A stretch of 64,000 bases of DNA, taken from positions 3,157 to 67,156 of the forward strand of contig CAYTZN010000008.1 in assembly GCA_964442495.1 (NCBI GenBank), given 5' to 3'. The position numbers were made by a program, and so were the translations under genes. This stretch comes from an uncultured Legionella sp. GTDB lineage: Bacteria > Pseudomonadota > Gammaproteobacteria > Legionellales > Legionellaceae. A model generated the notes under the pieces. It saw only the letters and a list, made by a program, of their open reading frames with translations. It did no database searches and was not told the DNA's origin. Shown one piece after another: positions 30,181-40,106 of the stretch. Within the stretch, counting starts at the first letter, position 1. Every line of letters begins with the position of its first letter.

Positions 30181-30592
30181 GACGCATTTAAGCGCGCATT
30201 ATGAAATCACAAGGCCCACGTTCTGCGCTTTATGTGCGGAATCCAATACGATTTTAATGTGAGATCGAATTAATACCTTGCATAAAGCACGATAAATCAG
30301 CAAGTGAGAGGTTGTTTGCGCTTAAAATTTAGATGCTTTTGCTCGGTGCTCAGGCCCAGTTGCCTGGGCTGACATGGTATTTTGATGTTAGAATTGCAGA
30401 CAGTTGTAGGATTATTTGTCTAAATTTTAAAATGGATAATACATGCGTGACGTTTGATAAACGATGGTCATAGGGAGACAGGGAAAACGCATCTAAATTT
30501 TAAGCACAAATGACCTTGTTCTCTCCGACCTACCGTGCATAAAAAGTGGTAGGTCGGCATTTTAATTTTATAATGCGCGTTTAGATGCGTTT
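30181..30592. repeat. nested inverted repeats in a 500-bp intergenic region
   Basis: Outer pair: cgcatttaagcgcgcattat (30183-30202) vs the reverse complement of ataatgcgcgtttagatgcg (30570-30589), 18/20 matched. Inner pair: tttgcgcttaaaatttagatgctttt (30315-30340) vs aaaacgcatctaaattttaagcacaaa (30484-30510), with a perfect 14-nt reverse-complement core (cttaaaatttagat) and 17/18 across the central core. A further imperfect pair: gcgctttatg (30225-30234) vs cataaagcac (30281-30290). Confidence 0.85.
30525..30557 (+). other. 10-bp GC-containing hairpin (ccgacctacc / ggtaggtcgg, 13-nt loop) followed by cattttaatttta
   Basis: Read directly. It sits 40 nt before the ABC permease start. It could be a terminator/attenuator of a leader or small RNA, or part of the repeat element. 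Confidence 0.35.
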
Positions 30593-30598
30593 ACCCTG

Positions 30599-32353
30599 AT
30601 GGGGAGATGTTTTGTGGGTAGCAATCATTTTTATTTCGCCAATCGTGAGGGTGTCGACCGATTCATCAATCGATGGGATTTTCTATTATTGATATTGGTG
30701 TTTTCCATTTTGTTCTTTTTGGGATGGGCCGGTATGCAAATGGCCACGCCTTATTCTTTAGGCGAGCCTTTACCCATTTCATTGTTACCTGTTCATTTGC
30801 CGTTTTATGCGTTGCGAACGGTCTTGCGCATGTTTATCGCTTTGATTTTATCAATAGTATTTACGTTTGTGGTAGGTGCTTTAGCGGCCAAGCATCGGCG
30901 TGCTGAGCAAATTATTATACCCGCCATAGATATATTACAGTCAGTTCCTGTCTTAAGTTTTTTAGCGATAACCATCACAGGCTTTATTCGGCTTTTTCCA
31001 AACAGTTTATTAGGGCCTGAGTGTGCTGCTATTTTTGTGATTTTTACAGCGCAAGTTTGGAACATCACGTTTAGTTTTTATCAATCCCTTAAAATGCTAC
31101 CTCATGATCTACGTGAGGCAGCAGCGGTATTTCAATTGTCGGCGTGGCAGCGTTTTTGGAAAATTGAAGTGCCATACTCTATGCCGGGCTTATTGTGGAA
31201 CATGATGATTTCGATGTCCGCCAGTTGGTTCTTTGTGGTGCTATCAGAAGCCATTGCTGTGGCTCATCAAGACATTCGTCTACCAGGGGTAGGCTCCTAC
31301 ATCGCGTTAGCCATTGAAAAAGGTGATATCTACGCGGTTGGATATGCCATTTTAACGATGGTGGTTGTCATTTTTTTATATGATCAAATTTTATTTAGAC
31401 CTCTTATCGCGTGGTCTGAAAAATTCAAGGCAGAGCAGTCTTCTGATGGTGAGGAGTATCAATCTTGGTTAATCGATTTAATCCGCAGAAGCCGTTTAAT
31501 GATGCGGGTTAATGAGGGGCTTGCGATACTAAGAGATCGTTTTGTCAACACACGTATTTTTAGGCAACGAGGTGTTAAGGTACTTAAAGAAATAGATTTT
31601 AAACGTCAAAAGCAAATCGATTGGTTATGGAGCACCTTTGTTTTGGTTGTGATTGGTGGGGCGAGTTATTTTTTATTGCATTATGTTCTCGCGGTGTTGC
31701 CGGTAAAGGATATTTTACACGTGTTTCTTTTAGGTGCGGCCACCGGCGCTCGTGTGATGGTATTAATTGTTTTAAGTTCATTGGTGTGGATTCCCGTGGG
31801 TGTGTGGATTGGTTTGCGGCCCAAGGTCGCTCAAAAAATCCAACCTATTATTCAGTTTTTTGCAGCATTTCCGGCGAATTTATTTTACCCGCTTTTTGTT
31901 ATTGCTATCGTGCGTTTTCATTTGAGTGTGGAAATTTGGGTCACGCCACTCATGATCCTAGGCACCCAGTGGTATATTTTATTCAATGTTATTGCGGGTG
32001 CCTCCACTATTCCGCGAGACTTGTATCTCGTGGCTGATAATTTTGGTGTGAAAGGTTGGCAGTGGTGGCGACGCCTTGCATTGCCTGGTATTTTTCCTTT
32101 CTATATCACGGGCGCTATTACTGCGGCCGGTGGTGCGTGGAATGCTAGCATTGTTGCGGAATGGGTAAGTTGGGGCAATACAACGCTTAAGGCAACCGGC
32201 CTTGGAGAATATATTCAGGAGAGTACGCTTGCGGGGCACTTTCCCCAAATAGCTATAGGCACGGTTGTTATGTGCCTTTATGTGCTTATTTTTAACCATT
32301 TAATTTGGCGGCCACTGTATCGTTTGGCCGAAGAACGTTTTAATTTTAATTGA
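30599..32353 (+). CDS. ABC transporter permease, fused double BPD-type (NitT/TauT-like) domain
   Basis: 584 aa with about 12 TM helices. Two EAA-like loops are present (LREAAAVFQLSAWQRFWKIEVP and LYLVADNFGVKGWQWWRRLALP). Confidence 0.8.
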   Translation: MGRCFVGSNHFYFANREGVDRFINRWDFLLLILVFSILFFLGWAGMQMATPYSLGEPLPISLLPVHLPFYALRTVLRMFIALILSIVFTFVVGALAAKHRRAEQIIIPAIDILQSVPVLSFLAITITGFIRLFPNSLLGPECAAIFVIFTAQVWNITFSFYQSLKMLPHDLREAAAVFQLSAWQRFWKIEVPYSMPGLLWNMMISMSASWFFVVLSEAIAVAHQDIRLPGVGSYIALAIEKGDIYAVGYAILTMVVVIFLYDQILFRPLIAWSEKFKAEQSSDGEEYQSWLIDLIRRSRLMMRVNEGLAILRDRFVNTRIFRQRGVKVLKEIDFKRQKQIDWLWSTFVLVVIGGASYFLLHYVLAVLPVKDILHVFLLGAATGARVMVLIVLSSLVWIPVGVWIGLRPKVAQKIQPIIQFFAAFPANLFYPLFVIAIVRFHLSVEIWVTPLMILGTQWYILFNVIAGASTIPRDLYLVADNFGVKGWQWWRRLALPGIFPFYITGAITAAGGAWNASIVAEWVSWGNTTLKATGLGEYIQESTLAGHFPQIAIGTVVMCLYVLIFNHLIWRPLYRLAEERFNFN

Positions 32354-32359
32354 GGCAGT

Positions 32360-33679
32360 ATGCATATGTCTGAAACCATCATTGCCATCGAGCATTTACG
32401 CAAAGCCTTTAAAAAAGCAGCCACGCAAGATTTGTTGGTGCTTGATGATGTCAATTTCAAGCTTCAAGAGGGTGAGATTGTCGCGCTGCTTGGGAAATCC
32501 GGTTCTGGAAAATCAACCTTGTTGCGGATTATTGCAGGCCTTGTTTCGCCTACGGATGGTTTAGTGACCTATCGCGGTCAGTCTGTAATCGCACCGGTTT
32601 CAGGTATTGCCATGGTGTTTCAATCGTTTGCTTTGATGCCTTGGTTAACGGTGCTCGAAAATGTGGAGCTAGGTCTTGAAGCACAAGGGGTTAGTCGAGA
32701 AGAGCGTCGACATCGTGCTATTGAAGCCATTGATATTATTGGTTTGGATGGGTTTGAATCAGCTTATCCCAAAGAATTATCAGGCGGCATGCGTCAACGC
32801 GTAGGTTTTGCTCGTGCATTGGTGATCAATCCGGATGTATTGTTAATGGATGAGCCTTTTTCTGCTCTGGATGTTTTGACAGCAGAAAATTTAAAATCAG
32901 ATTTATTGCGCTTATGGCATGAGAAAAAAACCAATACGAATGGTATTTTATTGGTGACTCATAACATCGAAGAGGCCGTCATGCTTGCAGACAGGATTGT
33001 TATTTTAGGAAGCGATCCTGGGTATATTCGTGCCGATTTACCAGTGGCGTTGCCCCAACCTCGTGACACGGAAACGCCAGAGTTTCGAGCGTTGGTTGAT
33101 AAGATTTACACCTTAATGACAACGGGTCCAGGAGAGAAAGCCCGGCATTCTCAGCGTGAGCGTCAAATTAGTTTAGGGTATCGTTTGCCTGATGTTGAGC
33201 CATATGAATTGGCTGGGTTAATTGAAACCATGACATCGTTTGAAGATAATATTGATTTACCAGAGCTTGCTGATGAGCTCACCATGAATATTGATGATTT
33301 ATTTCCTATCTTAGAGACATTAGAAATTCTTGGGTTTGCTAAAATTCTTGATGGTGATATCCAGTTGAGTGAGCTGGGTAAACAATTTTCAGCCGCTGAT
33401 TTACAAGCGCGTAAACAATTGTTTGCGCGACGTTTGTTAGAAAAAGTACCTTTGGCTCGATATATTCGACGCATTTTGGATGAAAAAATCGGCCATCGTG
33501 TCTCAGAAGAGCGGTTTTTAAGCAAGCTTGAAGATTTTTTAAGTGAAAAAGAAGCCGATCGTGTTTTACACACCATGATTGACTGGGGGCGTTACGCTGA
33601 AATTTTTGCTTACGACTTTAATACCGGGATGCTGAGTTTAGAAAATCCCGGTATTTCTGATGCTCCCGTGGAGCACTGA
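32360..33679 (+). CDS. ABC transporter ATP-binding protein with a C-terminal AAA-associated-type extension
   Basis: Walker A GKSGSGKST, signature LSGGMRQR, Walker B LLMDEPFSALD. A C-terminal domain of about 180 aa follows, as in NitT/TauT-family ATPases. Confidence 0.85.
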   Translation: MHMSETIIAIEHLRKAFKKAATQDLLVLDDVNFKLQEGEIVALLGKSGSGKSTLLRIIAGLVSPTDGLVTYRGQSVIAPVSGIAMVFQSFALMPWLTVLENVELGLEAQGVSREERRHRAIEAIDIIGLDGFESAYPKELSGGMRQRVGFARALVINPDVLLMDEPFSALDVLTAENLKSDLLRLWHEKKTNTNGILLVTHNIEEAVMLADRIVILGSDPGYIRADLPVALPQPRDTETPEFRALVDKIYTLMTTGPGEKARHSQRERQISLGYRLPDVEPYELAGLIETMTSFEDNIDLPELADELTMNIDDLFPILETLEILGFAKILDGDIQLSELGKQFSAADLQARKQLFARRLLEKVPLARYIRRILDEKIGHRVSEERFLSKLEDFLSEKEADRVLHTMIDWGRYAEIFAYDFNTGMLSLENPGISDAPVEH

Positions 33680-33695
33680 CGTTGAGTCGTGCGCC

Positions 33696-34331
33696 TTAAG
33701 CTTTTTTTGATTTTTCTTGGGTTAATAAAAAATCCAATATCGCAAAGAGGCGTTCTTCTGTTTGAGCCATTTGTAAATCTGTTTTGTAACGGTTATTGAT
33801 CACAAAGGCTGGAACGGCATTGATTTGGTAATGTACCATTAATGCTTGTCCTGTGCTGATGGCAAGATCAATGCTCGGTGAATGATCAAAGGCGCTTTGA
33901 GCTGTCTTTTCATCGACGCCATGTTTAGTGAAAAAATCCACCATGGACTCTGCGCTGTTTAGGGGGTGCTTATCCTTGATAATAGTTTTAAATAAGAGCG
34001 GGTTTAAGGTTGAATCAAGCCCTAAAGTATTTACGGTGTAATAAGCTCTGGCGTAATATTCCCAATTTTTATTAAACACAATGGGAATTTTTTTATAAGA
34101 AAGGTCCGCTCCTTTTTGATTAACCCATGTATTGAGAGCGGGTTCAACGCGATAGCACCATGGACAACCATAGCTGAAAAACTCTGTCATATTGGTGGCT
34201 GTATTAGAGCTTTCAGTCGCATTATTGTCGATGATGACATAATCTTTACCGGCAACAAAATTATTGGTTCCATGGGCTACTGATACAAAAATCAGCAGGA
34301 TAGACAACGTATATTTTAACATCGATTTCAC
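33696..34331 (-). CDS. dsbA: thiol:disulfide interchange protein DsbA family
   Basis: Signal peptide, FFSYGCPWCY (CxxC) and the INAVPAFVIN cis-Pro loop. Confidence 0.85.
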   Translation of the reverse strand: MKSMLKYTLSILLIFVSVAHGTNNFVAGKDYVIIDNNATESSNTATNMTEFFSYGCPWCYRVEPALNTWVNQKGADLSYKKIPIVFNKNWEYYARAYYTVNTLGLDSTLNPLLFKTIIKDKHPLNSAESMVDFFTKHGVDEKTAQSAFDHSPSIDLAISTGQALMVHYQINAVPAFVINNRYKTDLQMAQTEERLFAILDFLLTQEKSKKA

Positions 34332-34429
34332 CTAACTCAGGTTCAGTTTCTTAAGGTTGGTCACGTTAACATTTGAAAGCATAAAGCACAATCTTAGCCG
34401 TCAGGGCAAATGCATCTGATGTTTAAGCG

Positions 34430-35029
34430 TTAATGGAGCCCGCTCACATATTGTGCTACAGCCTCCATGTCGTCAGCGTCCATTCGCTTAGAAATGTCTC
34501 GCATGATGCCATTTAAATCATTTTTGCGCTTATTGTCTTTGAACAATTGCAATTGTTGGTGTGTGTATGTGGCATGTTGGCCTGATAAGGCAGGGAAGCC
34601 TGCCTCTGCATTGCCAGTGCCTTTAGGGCCATGGCAGGCAATGCAGGCGGTAATGTGCTTGTTAAAATCGCCGCCTCTATACAATTGCTCACCACGGGCT
34701 AGGTATTTTTTAGGTGTTGTGTTTTCAGGCAGAGGAAGACTTGCGTAAAAGAGCGCGATGTCTTCCATGTCTTTTGGGCTTAATGATGCGACCATGGGGG
34801 TCATGGTGGCGGCTTCTCGGTTAACATGCAATTTAAAATCATGGAGTTGTTTTGCTAAATAGCCGACATGTTGTCCGGCAAGGCTTGGCCACTCAGGATT
34901 CACGCTTATTCCTTTAGGGCCATGGCAGGCGGCACACGTCATGGTTTTTTCTTGGCCCAATGGCATGTTCGTGGCAGCATATGCCACAAATGTGCTTAAA
35001 AAAAATATCACTAACGCCATTTTATTCAT
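34430..35029 (-). CDS. dihaem cytochrome c4
   Basis: Two CxxCH motifs (CAACH, CIACH), each followed by a Met-containing segment. It has a signal peptide and shows the classic engB / cc4 / dsbA synteny. Confidence 0.85.
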   Translation of the reverse strand: MNKMALVIFFLSTFVAYAATNMPLGQEKTMTCAACHGPKGISVNPEWPSLAGQHVGYLAKQLHDFKLHVNREAATMTPMVASLSPKDMEDIALFYASLPLPENTTPKKYLARGEQLYRGGDFNKHITACIACHGPKGTGNAEAGFPALSGQHATYTHQQLQLFKDNKRKNDLNGIMRDISKRMDADDMEAVAQYVSGLH

Positions 35030-35101
35030 CGTTACCCCTATTTAATGGTACACTGCTCAGTTATTTGTCGACAAAACTTACGTTATAAAGTGAAGACTAT
35101 T

Positions 35102-35713
35102 ATGTTAAACAATCCTTATTCTCAGGCCAAATTTTTAAAAAGTGCGCCCCGTGCGGATCAGTTACCCGAAGACTTAGGTTTCGAAGTTGCTTTTGCCGGG
35201 CGCTCTAATGCAGGCAAATCGAGTGCATTGAATTGCTTGACCGGTATCCGCCAACTGGCCCGGACGAGTAAAACACCAGGTCGTACCCAACTTATCAACG
35301 TCTTTACGCTTGCCGATGAGACCCGACGTTTAATTGACTTGCCAGGTTATGGTTACGCTAAAGTTGCATTGCAAGTAAAACGTGATTGGCAAACCAATTT
35401 AGCTCACTACCTTGATGTGCGGGAAAGCCTTAAAGGCCTGGTCCTCCTAATGGACATTCGGCACCCATTAAAAGAACTGGATCAATCCATGATCGATTGG
35501 GCTCTCACCCGCGAATTATCTGTGCATATTTTACTCACTAAAGCCGATAAATTAAGCCGCGGACCTGCACAAAATACGGTACTACAAGTGCGACGACATT
35601 ATGCACTGATGGAGCATTTGGTCACAGTACAAGCTTTCTCATCGTTGAAAAAACAAGGTGTGGATGAATTGATCCTTGTGCTGAATCGTTGGATGGAGCT
35701 AAGCATAGCATAA
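35102..35713 (+). CDS. engB: ribosome-biogenesis GTPase YihA/EngB
   Basis: [14 protein letters not shown] (G1), DLPGYGYA (G3), LTKADK (G4). The ATG at 35102 ([16 protein letters not shown]) fits homolog N-termini. Confidence 0.9.
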   Translation: MLNNPYSQAKFLKSAPRADQLPEDLGFEVAFAGRSNAGKSSALNCLTGIRQLARTSKTPGRTQLINVFTLADETRRLIDLPGYGYAKVALQVKRDWQTNLAHYLDVRESLKGLVLLMDIRHPLKELDQSMIDWALTRELSVHILLTKADKLSRGPAQNTVLQVRRHYALMEHLVTVQAFSSLKKQGVDELILVLNRWMELSIA

Positions 35714-35853
35714 ATTATGTGCTTAAATAGAACATCAGGGTGTGTATGCAGGACAACCATCTAATTTTTAAGCAAAAAGGTCCTCATAAATCGTCTACGT
35801 ACCGCGATGCGCAGACGATTCAGTCTCATTTAAAGTGCAATTTATGATGTCTT

Positions 35854-36750
35854 TCAATCTTGGTCTGATGCGCCAATCGCTTTAATGATGACAGAAAAAT
35901 CGAGTTCAGCCATGCCATTGTTATTGAGCTTTTGATAAAGCTCTGTTGCTTTTTGTCCCATGGGGGTGGCAATCTTCATTTTACCAGCGGTTTGTTGGCT
36001 GAGTTGTAAATCTTTAAGCATCATTTTGGCTGTAAACCCTGGTTTGTAGTCGTTGTTGGCCGGGACGTTTTCCAACAGGCCAGGAACAGGCGCATAATGA
36101 CTCATGGCCCAACATTGACCCGATGAATGGGTGACTACCTCAAATAATTTTTCAGGTGATAAATCCAGATGTTTTGCCAGCACAAACGCCTCTGATACAG
36201 CAATCATAGAAATTCCAAGAATCATGTTATTGCAAATTTTTGCAGCTTGTCCGCTACCGGCAACACCGGTATGAATGATGGTTTTGCCTAATGTATTAAG
36301 AATAATTTTTGCGCGCTCAAAGGCCTCGTTACTTCCCCCCACCATGATGGTTAATGTGCCGGCAGAAGCCCCGCCTACGCCGCCAGAAACCGGTGCATCA
36401 ACGGGAAGAAGATGATAATGTCGGGCTTTTTCGTGAATAAGGCGGGATGTTTCTACATCAATGGAGGAGCAATCAATAAATAATGTATTTTTTTTAGCGT
36501 GGGCAAATAGTCCTTCTTCACCTAAGCACACCTCTTGCACCTGCTTGCCCGTTTGCAGCATGGTAATAAACACGTCTTCTGAAAGAACGGTATCTTTTAA
36601 GGACTTAGCAGCAATACCGCCTGCCTCGGTAAAGTACTTCATTGCTGATGCTTGGAGATCGAACCCCGTTACTGTATAGCCTGCTTTAATAAGGTTTTTT
36701 GCCATGGGTAAACCCATGTGACCTAACCCAATAAATCCAATGCGTGTCAT
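35854..36750 (-). CDS. mmsB: 3-hydroxyisobutyrate dehydrogenase
   Basis: MTRIGFIGLGHMGLPMAKNL Rossmann N-terminus and the GSGQAAKICNN motif. It is adjacent to mmsA. Confidence 0.85.
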   Translation of the reverse strand: MTRIGFIGLGHMGLPMAKNLIKAGYTVTGFDLQASAMKYFTEAGGIAAKSLKDTVLSEDVFITMLQTGKQVQEVCLGEEGLFAHAKKNTLFIDCSSIDVETSRLIHEKARHYHLLPVDAPVSGGVGGASAGTLTIMVGGSNEAFERAKIILNTLGKTIIHTGVAGSGQAAKICNNMILGISMIAVSEAFVLAKHLDLSPEKLFEVVTHSSGQCWAMSHYAPVPGLLENVPANNDYKPGFTAKMMLKDLQLSQQTAGKMKIATPMGQKATELYQKLNNNGMAELDFSVIIKAIGASDQD

Positions 36751-36770
36751 AATTTTCTCGCTATATTTAG

Positions 36771-38279
36771 TTACTGGTGAGTGGGCATAATGAATGCACT
36801 TGTTTCAGTTAGCTGGGTTACAGGCCATTTTGTGGTAATGGTTTTTAGTTGCGTGTAAAAATGAATACTTTCCATGCCGTGCATGTTCGTGTCCCCAAAA
36901 GATGATTGCTTCCAACCACCAAAGGGATGGCTTGCTACGGGGACGGGTATGGGGATATTAATACCTACCATCCCAACCTGGACACGTTCAGCATAGTCTC
37001 GTGCAGAAAAGCCATCGCGGGTGAAAATAGCGGTACCGTTGCCATATTGATGGCGATTTACCAACGCTAAGGCGTCTTCAAAATTGGCGGCTTTGAGAAT
37101 AACTAGCACAGGTCCAAAAATTTCATTTTGATAGACAGACATCGATTCCGAAACGTTATCAAAAACCGATGGCCCAATAAAATAACCTTCGGGGTGTGTT
37201 TTGTGAGTAAAATGGCGACCATCTATTAATAAACGCGCACCTTCTTTTACGCCGTCCTCTATGGCTTGGACCACACGTTGATGGTGTAGGCGGCTTATGA
37301 GAGGCCCCATGTCTGTGCCTTTAACACCTCCTGGCCCAATTTGAATCGCTTTAATCAATGGAAGGAGCTTGCTCGTAAGCGCATCAGCTGTTTCTTCACC
37401 CACAGCGACCACGACTGAAAGTGCCATGCAACGCTCACCTGCGGAGCCAAAGGCCGCTCCAACAATGGCATTTGCGGCGTGTTCCATGTCGGCATCAGGC
37501 ATGACCACACAATGGTTTTTCGCGCCACCAAAAGTGTGCGAACGTTTGCCATGAGTGATTGCCGTTTGGTAAATAGACTGAGCAACAGGTGTAGAGGCAA
37601 CGGCAGTAACGGCTTTAATATCCTTGTGGGTTAGGAGTTGCTGAACCGTATTTTTATCACCCTGTAGGCAATTGACAACGCCTGCCGGTAACCCTGCTTC
37701 GGTTAAAAGCTCCATCAAGCGGATAGGGGCTGAAGGATCTTGCTCTGATGGTTTTAAAATAAAGGTATTGCCACACGCAATGGCTGGAATAATCATCCAG
37801 ACCGGCACCATCACGGGAAAATTAAAGGGCGATACGCCTGCACATACACCTAAAGGTTGGCGCAGTGTGCTGCAATCGATTTGTTGAGAAACATTTGAGG
37901 TTAAAGTGCCTTGCAGTTGGGAAACTAAACCACAATGAAATTCAACCAATTCTATCGCACGTGCCACAGAGCCCATTGCGTCATCAAGCGTTTTTCCTTG
38001 TTCTTTTGTCACCAGTTTTGCAAGGTCATTTTGATAACGTTCTAATAAATCTCGAAACTTAAAAAGAATCCGTGCTCGTTTGATGGGGGCAGTTTGTGAC
38101 CAAGGTAACCAGGCCTCTTTTGCAACAGCTACCGTTTTATCACAAAGGACGTCATTTGCGAAATACACCTGACCGGCGATTTCGCCTAAAGCAGGATTAT
38201 AGATAGGGTGGCTTTTTGTGGTGGTGTCAGTGTACGTGGTGCCTGCAATAAAATGGGGTACGGTATAAACCATTTTCAA
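36771..38279 (-). CDS. mmsA: methylmalonate-semialdehyde dehydrogenase (CoA-acylating)
   Basis: ALDH fold with catalytic GERCMA and FGGAKNH. 502 aa. The HFIAG...NPA N-terminus is typical of MmsA. Confidence 0.9.
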   Translation of the reverse strand: MKMVYTVPHFIAGTTYTDTTTKSHPIYNPALGEIAGQVYFANDVLCDKTVAVAKEAWLPWSQTAPIKRARILFKFRDLLERYQNDLAKLVTKEQGKTLDDAMGSVARAIELVEFHCGLVSQLQGTLTSNVSQQIDCSTLRQPLGVCAGVSPFNFPVMVPVWMIIPAIACGNTFILKPSEQDPSAPIRLMELLTEAGLPAGVVNCLQGDKNTVQQLLTHKDIKAVTAVASTPVAQSIYQTAITHGKRSHTFGGAKNHCVVMPDADMEHAANAIVGAAFGSAGERCMALSVVVAVGEETADALTSKLLPLIKAIQIGPGGVKGTDMGPLISRLHHQRVVQAIEDGVKEGARLLIDGRHFTHKTHPEGYFIGPSVFDNVSESMSVYQNEIFGPVLVILKAANFEDALALVNRHQYGNGTAIFTRDGFSARDYAERVQVGMVGINIPIPVPVASHPFGGWKQSSFGDTNMHGMESIHFYTQLKTITTKWPVTQLTETSAFIMPTHQ

Positions 38280-38323
38280 TGTCCTATTAAATTCGGTTTT
38301 AGTGATAAGGTCTTTGCTAGTGA

Positions 38324-38533
38324 TTACTGCTCAAAAGTAGCAAGTGTGATTTCATACTGGCAATGATCACCTTTGATTTGAGAGCCACGTGTTTCAACTA
38401 CTTCAACGCGTACAGGATGGTTAGCTTTTGACAACGCATCTTGGAGGGCTTCATAGAGGCCAGCAGTTGAATAACCTGTAACATCTTGGGGTTTTATTCG
38501 AGTCATTCTAGTCATCCATAGATAGTAAGACAT
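38324..38533 (-). CDS. small dodecin-like protein (start uncertain)
   Basis: VTGYSTAGLYEALQDALSKA...VRVEVVETRGSQIKGDHCQYEITL parallels dodecin (ELTGSS..G.EDAI..AI..A...W FEVVETRG.I.DG....YQV.L). Alternative in-frame starts lie at 38515 and 38506. Confidence 0.45.
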   Translation of the reverse strand: MSYYLWMTRMTRIKPQDVTGYSTAGLYEALQDALSKANHPVRVEVVETRGSQIKGDHCQYEITLATFEQ

Positions 38534-38804
38534 GAGCGAACAAGTCTAGCATGGCAAATCAAGGCATATCAAAAATAAATGATCATGATGTTAGGACTTT
38601 TAGGTGGGGCCAGGCAACAGCATAAGTGGGCGTAAATCGCTCGTCGCCAACTCAGCTTATGAGAATAAACCGTACAAAAGGATGCTGTAGTTGAATGGCT
38701 TCTGAATGAAATTTCATGGTGGGTGTCGTTTGGATTAACAAATTAAATAGGGTTAACAGTAGACGTGCTATGAACGTATTGATGCTAAAGGATTTTGGCG
38801 TTGC

Positions 38805-39548
38805 TTAGCTTGAGATATTTAGAACATGCTCTAGGCCATAGTGTAAGCAATCAAGCTGTTGGACGTGTTCGCAGGCGAGAATTATACCAGGCATGAACGA
38901 TGAACGGTCTATACTGTCATGCGTTATCGTTAATGTCTCACCGACATTACCAAAAATGACGTTTTGACGCGCGAGAACACCAGGTAATCTTAACGAGTGA
39001 ATGGATATTCCGTGGTGCACGGCACCTCTGGCCCCAGGTATTAATTCTTTTAAGGGCAAGGGATCTTTTTTACTCTGCTGAGCTTTAGCAATCATCTCTG
39101 CCGTTTTAAGTGCGGTTCCTGAGGGCGCGTCTAATTTTTGAGGATGGTGTGCTTCAAGAATTTCAACGTTAGGTAGTAAGCGCGCAGCCTCTGCGGCAAA
39201 GCGCATCATCAGTAGGGCAGCAATTGAGAAATTGGGTGCAATAATACCGCCTAATTTTTTTTGAGAACACAATGTTTGTAAGGTTTGTATTTCTTTGTCA
39301 AGCAAGCCACTCGCGCCAATCACTGGATGGGCATTATTATTGATAATGGTTAAGCTATTTTGATAGACACAGTCTGCACGTGTGAGCTCAATGACAATCT
39401 GTGCATTGGTTTCTTTGATTGCGCGCTGTAAATCGTCCCCTCGGCCTAAGGTTGCTACCAACTGAAAAGAAGGGTGGCGTTGAAGGGTGTCACATGCTAG
39501 GTGACCCATTTTACCTTGAGCGCCATTTACAATTACTCGGCTTTGCAT
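38805..39548 (-). CDS. dapB: 4-hydroxy-tetrahydrodipicolinate reductase
   Basis: MQSRVIVNGAQGKMG (GxxGxxG) and EAHHPQKLDAPSGTA. The ATG at 39548 has GGAGAAA upstream. The 57-aa upstream extension in the track is unlike DapB. Confidence 0.9.
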   Translation of the reverse strand: MQSRVIVNGAQGKMGHLACDTLQRHPSFQLVATLGRGDDLQRAIKETNAQIVIELTRADCVYQNSLTIINNNAHPVIGASGLLDKEIQTLQTLCSQKKLGGIIAPNFSIAALLMMRFAAEAARLLPNVEILEAHHPQKLDAPSGTALKTAEMIAKAQQSKKDPLPLKELIPGARGAVHHGISIHSLRLPGVLARQNVIFGNVGETLTITHDSIDRSSFMPGIILACEHVQQLDCLHYGLEHVLNISS

Positions 39549-39636
39549 TGTTTCTCCTACAAATAAAAAACACGTACAAGGCCTTTCTTTTTTATTGCGT
39601 AAGCGGTCTTCGTACAGGGGTGATATTAAGCATAGA

Positions 39637-39831
39637 TCATGGTTGTGGTGTGTTTGTCTTGGCTTTTGGGGTTTCTCGCATTGTTTTCCAAGCCCACATA
39701 CTCGCGGGAAGCCACCCAATGACGGTTGCTTGTAAAATTAAAGCCACAAGAGCACCACCTGGGTTATCATAGATAAACAACACTACCCATGGAAAAAAAA
39801 TGGCCAATACTGACATAAAAAAACGTTTCAT
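39637..39831 (-). CDS. YqaE/Pmp3-family small membrane protein
   Basis: MKRFFMSVLAIFFPWVVLFIY...LILQATVIGWLPASMWAW. Two TM helices with the family's IGWxPaxIwA-like motif. Confidence 0.6.
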   Translation of the reverse strand: MKRFFMSVLAIFFPWVVLFIYDNPGGALVALILQATVIGWLPASMWAWKTMRETPKAKTNTPQP

Positions 39832-40106
39832 GTATTTAATGTCCGCTAGTGATAACAATAACAAGTATATACCGAGCTCAGAATATTTGGCGAGAGTTTT
39901 TGTTTCACTGTGGTGAAATCTAGCTAAGTGAGTTTTGCTACCTCAATAAGGTATATTTATGGCCCTCGTTTGGCGCTCATTTTTATGCTTCAGTAGGTTA
40001 TCAACTGCTTGCAAAATGAGCTTATACCTTGTACATTGCCTGCTCATTTTAAGGCATGGCAGTCTTTGCCATTCAAGCCTTCGCTACTAATTCAAAGGGT
40101 CATAGC

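Noticed and set aside
38805-39719. 304-aa version of dapB, and similar long upstream extensions of engB (35045), prlC (48529), the ProQ-like gene (40056), the YejM-like gene (13377) and moxR (62602).
   Set aside because: The extensions are Cys/His/Arg-rich or start at TTG/GTG, and lack an RBS. Internal ATGs with Shine-Dalgarno sequences reproduce the canonical N-termini.
39419-39772. 117-aa plus-strand ORF opposite the dapB 5' end and the YqaE-like gene.
   Set aside because: It is antisense to two supported genes and has no recognisable features.
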